From: an uncultured Terracidiphilus sp.
GTDB lineage: Bacteria; Acidobacteriota; Terriglobia; Terriglobales; Acidobacteriaceae
Length of the DNA: 64,000 nt
Assembly: GCA_964452615.1 (NCBI GenBank)
Contig: CAYVMS010000001.1
Span: forward strand, 1,997 to 65,996
Direction of reading: 5' to 3'
Made by a program: the position numbers and the translations under genes
Shown here: in pieces, positions 60,098-64,000 of the stretch
Layout: the number at the start of each line of letters is the position of its first letter
How positions within the stretch are numbered: the stretch's first letter is position 1
Notes under the pieces: model-generated
Database searches by the model: none
What the model saw: only the letters and a program-made list of their open reading frames with translations
Told to the model about the DNA's origin: nothing

Positions 60098-60694
60098 CTA
60101 TCCCTTAGCCTGGCGGCTCTGCTCTTCAATCACGCGCTTTATCTCTGCCGGTGAGTAGGTCGGCGCCTTGATGACCTTACCGTCCGGCCGCTTGTGGACC
60201 TTGAGATCAGTGCTCCACTCTCCATTGTGGGCGTTGGCGTCCTCTGGATGAACCAGTACCACGCCATTGCCCCGCACCAGAACAGCGTCACAAATACTGC
60301 AATGCGGCCAGGCCTTGCTCATGTTGCTGCGCTGCACCTCATCCCAGGCAGATTGGGCCTTCACACCAGCAGCGTTGAGCGCTCCATACGTGACAACAAG
60401 CTGGTCGACGCAGCCGTCCACGTACTCGACGAGGTCAGGTTTGCCGTTGGGATCAAGCACCACACCGATCTCGTCAATCACTGTGGCCCCTTCTCCGTCG
60501 GCCGATTCGCCAATGGCTCTCGTCACCGTGCAGCCACAACCCTTGACGAACTCGAGAGCCTCTTCAAAGACTAGCCGCGCACGAAGCAACCGGGTCGCGG
60601 GGTCAGGAAGCTCAGGCGATTCCTTAACCTGCTGGTTGAACTGCTTCATCAATGTCACGATGTCTTCCTGCGGGCAATAGAGTTTGTCAGTCAT
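60098..60694 (-). CDS. MazG-like / PRA-PH-type nucleoside triphosphate pyrophosphohydrolase
   Basis: LRARLVFEEALEF, EYVDGCVDQLVVTYG, EVQRSNMSK and RPDGKVIKAPTY motifs (DR2231-like). Confidence 0.78.
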   Translation of the reverse strand: MTDKLYCPQEDIVTLMKQFNQQVKESPELPDPATRLLRARLVFEEALEFVKGCGCTVTRAIGESADGEGATVIDEIGVVLDPNGKPDLVEYVDGCVDQLVVTYGALNAAGVKAQSAWDEVQRSNMSKAWPHCSICDAVLVRGNGVVLVHPEDANAHNGEWSTDLKVHKRPDGKVIKAPTYSPAEIKRVIEEQSRQAKG

Positions 60695-61148
60695 TCAATC
60701 CTCGATTCAAGTGAGCAGCATTCTAGGCCGGAGTTGGGGCAATTGTAATCGATGCGGAGTTGCTGATGGAACCGTCTCAGTTTTGTCCACCGTAAAACTG
60801 TTGGTTGTCACTTCTGTAAGGCAAGCCAAGGCAGACTTCAGTTGCAACTTTGTATCGCCAATCTCGAACGAAAGTATCAGTCTTGACAGATTCTTCGAGC
60901 ACATCAGTACCATCTCCGCCTACATCGTCTTCCCCTCATAGGAAAGCCTTATGAATACACTCATTTCCTGCAATGCTCCTCCCGCTTTGAATTGCTGGTG
61001 GAAGAGAGTAGAGCTTGACGGACTGTGATACTGTATGGAATCATCCATGCAATATCACGCTATAGGTCCTATGGGAGTCCAAACCCATTCGATAACCTGT
61101 CCATCCCCGCAATTCAACAACCGATTCTTTGCTTTCAGGAGGGTTTTC

Positions 61149-61316
61149 ATGAATACCAAATATGAACAATTCAACAATTCAAGCGCCGGCGTAAAATTGC
61201 CTTACGAGCGGCCCTCTGCGGTCATTACTAGCCCCAAACAGGAGAGCGGGTCTTTGCCTTCGGGAAATTACCCGAGTGACAATTCCCCGTGCCCCGATAA
61301 TCCGTGCGGCGAATGA
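61149..61316 (+). CDS. Putative RiPP precursor peptide (55 aa)
   Basis: AGGAGG RBS; leader with YxxP (LPYERP); C-terminal core GNYPSDNSPCPDNPCGE; lies upstream of PqqD/RRE and radical SAM genes. Confidence 0.68.
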   Translation: MNTKYEQFNNSSAGVKLPYERPSAVITSPKQESGSLPSGNYPSDNSPCPDNPCGE

Positions 61317-61610
61317 TCCACAATAGGCGCATTGTGATTCCGGTGCTGGAAATTCTGCTAGTTCCGGTTCTCAGTGCGCCGATTGCTGATTCTTCGGCAG
61401 ATTGAAAATCTCTGAAGTGCGCGGTTCGGCAACGAACAGAAGCGAACGCGCGAGGGATAGTTTGCACGAGCCCGGCGATTCCTTCCGAAGCTCATGGTGA
61501 TGCTTGCGCTTCAACGGCAAGCGGGGCGGAACTGCAGAGATATAGTGACGGGCGGCGGCGCTTGCCGCCGCCCAACTAGCAATATCCATCTTTAACTCGG
61601 GAGCGCAATC

Positions 61611-61877
61611 ATCAAACGCCAAGACGACCTTGTAATGCGAAGCATCGGCGGCGACAGTTTTCTCGTCCCGCTGGGTGTGCGTGTTGCGGCGATGCCTGGT
61701 TTGGTCGTCCTGAACGGCACGGGGCGCTGCATGTGGGAACTTCTGGCGCAAGAGCGCTCCGTGGACGAACTGGCCGCCGCCGTGGCGGAACACTTTGACG
61801 TGGATTACTCGCTCGCCCACGCGGATGCGCAATCGTTCCTGGATGAGATGGCGCAGTTGGGATTGCTTCAACCATGA
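61611..61877 (+). CDS. PqqD-family RiPP recognition element (RRE)
   Basis: KRQDDLVMRSIGGDSFLVP..LNGTGRCMWELL..SVDELAAAVAEHFDV..ADAQSFLDEM..GLL; first ATG at 61635, but similarity and the RBS point to ATC 61611. Confidence 0.85.
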   Translation: MKRQDDLVMRSIGGDSFLVPLGVRVAAMPGLVVLNGTGRCMWELLAQERSVDELAAAVAEHFDVDYSLAHADAQSFLDEMAQLGLLQP

Positions 61878-62947
61878 CCACATTGCCTACCGAACATGGC
61901 GCACTGGTCCGTGAATTGCAGCGCCGTGCTACCGCCATTCGCCAGCCTGTGAACGGCGCGTTTGAGTTGACGGAGCGTTGCAACCTTTCCTGTCAAATGT
62001 GCTATGTCCGCCAACCCGCCCACGATGTTGCGAGGCGCCAAAAGGAACTGTCCGCCTCGGAGTGGCTCACGCTTGCGGAGGATGCCGTGGACAACGGCAT
62101 GGTCTTTTTGCTGCTCACCGGAGGCGAAGTTTTTTTGCGCCCGGACTTCTTCGATATTTACACGCCGCTCACGCGCCTGGGCCTCATGCTCACGCTTTTC
62201 ACCAATGGAACGCTCGTCACCGACAGGATCGCGCGACGCCTAGGGGAAATTCCGCCCAGTCTCACCCAAATCACGCTCTACGGCGGGACTGCCGCCACAT
62301 ATGAAGCTGTCACCGGCGTCCCAGGCTCTTACGCGCGCTGCTGCGCCGGAATTGAAGCGCTCCTCAAAAATCGCGTCCGGCTGGAACTGAAGACCACGAT
62401 CACGCGGAGCAACGTCGGCGAATTGGAAGCCATGCGGCATATGGCGCGCAATTGGGGCCTGGCGTTTTCAGCGGTCTGGATGCTCATGCAGCGGCGCGAT
62501 GGCAAACCCTCCGATGTGGAAGACTGCCGCTTGTCCGCTCACGATTGCGTCAGCCTGGAAGCCACCGAGCGCCTGGATGCCGGCGAGCGGATCGAATCCG
62601 CGCTCCGTGACACACGCGCCGGCAAGGCCCCCGTTTTCAAATGCCAAGCCGGGAAATCCGCATTTGCCATCAATTCTTCCGGCGAGATGAACCCTTGCCT
62701 GAACTTGTTCCAACCAGGGGTGCGGCCGCTCGATAACGGTTTTCGCGCCGCCTGGGAAGGTCTGCAGCACTTTGTGGACGACGCGCCGCCTCTCGACTCC
62801 CTCTGCCTGGCTTGTGACATGAGAGGCTACTGCCCGCGCTGTCCGGCGTGGTCGGCTATGGAAACTGGCACATTGACCGAGCCAGTGCCCTATCTTTGCA
62901 GTATTGCCAGCGTGCGCAAGGAGCGTTACGAGGGAATGCCGGCATAA
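61874..62947 (+). CDS. Radical SAM/SPASM-domain peptide maturase
   Basis: ELTERCNLSCQMCY (CxxxCxxC), TGGE, TNG; seven-Cys SPASM (CQAG..PC..CLAC..CPRC..C); ATGA coupling with the RRE. Confidence 0.9.
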   Translation: MTTLPTEHGALVRELQRRATAIRQPVNGAFELTERCNLSCQMCYVRQPAHDVARRQKELSASEWLTLAEDAVDNGMVFLLLTGGEVFLRPDFFDIYTPLTRLGLMLTLFTNGTLVTDRIARRLGEIPPSLTQITLYGGTAATYEAVTGVPGSYARCCAGIEALLKNRVRLELKTTITRSNVGELEAMRHMARNWGLAFSAVWMLMQRRDGKPSDVEDCRLSAHDCVSLEATERLDAGERIESALRDTRAGKAPVFKCQAGKSAFAINSSGEMNPCLNLFQPGVRPLDNGFRAAWEGLQHFVDDAPPLDSLCLACDMRGYCPRCPAWSAMETGTLTEPVPYLCSIASVRKERYEGMPA

Positions 62948-63289
62948 ACACCGCAGGAGAAACGCGGAGTAAGAGTCGCCTATTCGGGATGTGGTGAAAC
63001 TGCCTTGGTACAGTGACCACTTCAGGTAGACCAAGCACTGCATGATGAAGGTGCGGATATACGCAGACAGTTGCAAGCGACAGCTTTGAATGTTGCGACA
63101 ATGAGCCACGACCATTTTATGGCAGGTGGTAACGACTTCTGTTCAGAATCGGCCCCGAAAAGGCCTGTGTCCGGGATTCGGAACGTGACAAGTTCGATGA
63201 CGCTCTCCCTGTTTTCACAACGGAGAAAAGGTACGAACCCGTTCGCTGGTCCGTACCTTTTCTCGAATGCGTCTCGTTGTATCGCCTTA

Positions 63290-64000
63290 CTACTGAACAG
63301 TGATCGATAAGGTAAATGGGACTGTTGTCCCGCCACTGGTTACAGTGATGGGTATGCTATAGGTTCCAGCCGGCGTGAATGATTTGCTTGATCCGCCGCA
63401 CCCGGCCATTCCGAGCATGCCTGCCGCGGCAAGGGTTGCTCCTGCAAGCAGAAGCAAGCATACAAGCCACGGACTTCCAGTCATTCTGGTTCGAAGGATA
63501 CGCCGCATAAAGCCCAGAGGCAACAGAATCAGGGCTGCAAATATTTCAGGAAGCACACCTCCTGCTGGGTTATTTCGGAGGGAAGCGGTTGTGGTTCCGG
63601 CGGTGCCGACGGTGAGCGTAGTTGTCAGCGGCGCGCTGGAAGGGGCCGTTAAGCTGGTGGGCGCAAAGCTGCAGGTGACCTTAGACGGCAGCGTTCCGCA
63701 GGAGAAGTTCACTGTGCCTGTGAATCCGCCCGTTGGCGCTAGTGTAATCACCGTACTTCCCGTCGAGCCGCTCTTGATGGTGAGCGACGACGGAGTAGCG
63801 CTGAGCGTATAACCGGGCGCGGCGGCCACGATGATGTAGTCGGCGGTAGCAACTGCGCTGTTGGAGAAGCCGCTGGCTACTGCGATGGCTTCGACCGTCT
63901 CCGTGGCAGAGACGGCGATTGCGCCGTTGTACAAGGTGGACGAGATGGTCGGCGTGGTTCCGTTAGTGGTGTAGTAGATGGCTGCGCCGGAAGTGGAATC
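63290..64000 (-). CDS. 3' end of a surface protein (chitobiase-C-terminal repeat + Ig-like domain with inserted hydrophobic hairpin and internal lipobox); start lies beyond the window
   Basis: Frame open to the window end (DSTSGAAIYYTTNGTTP..); PTGGFTGTVNFSC..TC; ..MAGCGGSS..TPAGTYSIPITVTSG..LSITVQ. Confidence 0.8.
   Translation of the reverse strand, partial: DSTSGAAIYYTTNGTTPTISSTLYNGAIAVSATETVEAIAVASGFSNSAVATADYIIVAAAPGYTLSATPSSLTIKSGSTGSTVITLAPTGGFTGTVNFSCGTLPSKVTCSFAPTSLTAPSSAPLTTTLTVGTAGTTTASLRNNPAGGVLPEIFAALILLPLGFMRRILRTRMTGSPWLVCLLLLAGATLAAAGMLGMAGCGGSSKSFTPAGTYSIPITVTSGGTTVPFTLSITVQ

Noticed and set aside
60700-60965. Small minus-strand ORF with an internal stop (MSVFIRLSYEGKTM*AEMV..)
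   Set aside because: No recognisable family and no clear RBS; cannot be supported as a gene or pseudogene.
61611-62947. PQQ biosynthesis (pqqD/pqqE)
   Set aside because: No pqqB/pqqC, and the peptide lacks the PqqA ExxxY core.
1-64000. CRISPR array, rRNA or tRNA genes
   Set aside because: No regularly spaced short repeats with unique spacers and no recognisable RNA-gene motifs were seen by eye; a covariance-model scan was not possible.

Overview
Bacterial window of roughly 55-60% GC by eye. The gene content (Acidobacterial-type VWA protein, TonB proteins, Ig/chitobiase-C-terminal-repeat surface proteins) suggests Acidobacteriota (Terriglobia); this is an inference. From left to right: (1) the 3' part of a six-gene group 4 (Coo/Ech-like) energy-converting [NiFe]-hydrogenase operon (1-6030); (2) secreted/surface proteins, including two paralogous phosphoesterases, a TonB-dependent receptor, a beta-propeller/lectin/Ig protein and two ConA-like paralogues (6.3-23.7 kb); (3) a transposase relic; (4) a ~23 kb glycan locus matching no named pathway I know (GT4, giant TPR/beta-barrel protein, GT-C-like membrane protein, three periplasmic hypotheticals, GT2, GH71/99-like hydrolase, flippase fused to a ParB/Srx-like domain, STAS, TMK-like kinase, VWA, TonB, nucleotidyltransferase, TPR); (5) the remnant of a Wzy-type capsule locus (broken wzz/wzc, SLBB export protein, priming transferase); (6) a regulatory block (multi-sensor kinase, three response regulators with duplicated GacA-box-like sites, Crp/Fnr); (7) a MazG-like pyrophosphatase; (8) a compact putative RiPP cluster (55-aa precursor, PqqD/RRE, radical SAM-SPASM); and (9) the 3' end of another Ig-repeat surface protein. 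The best candidates for undescribed systems are the glycan locus, the RiPP cluster, and an internal-lipobox 'split Ig domain' anchor seen in two surface proteins. No rRNA, tRNA or CRISPR array was recognised. All family calls come from motif recognition by eye; no searches were run.
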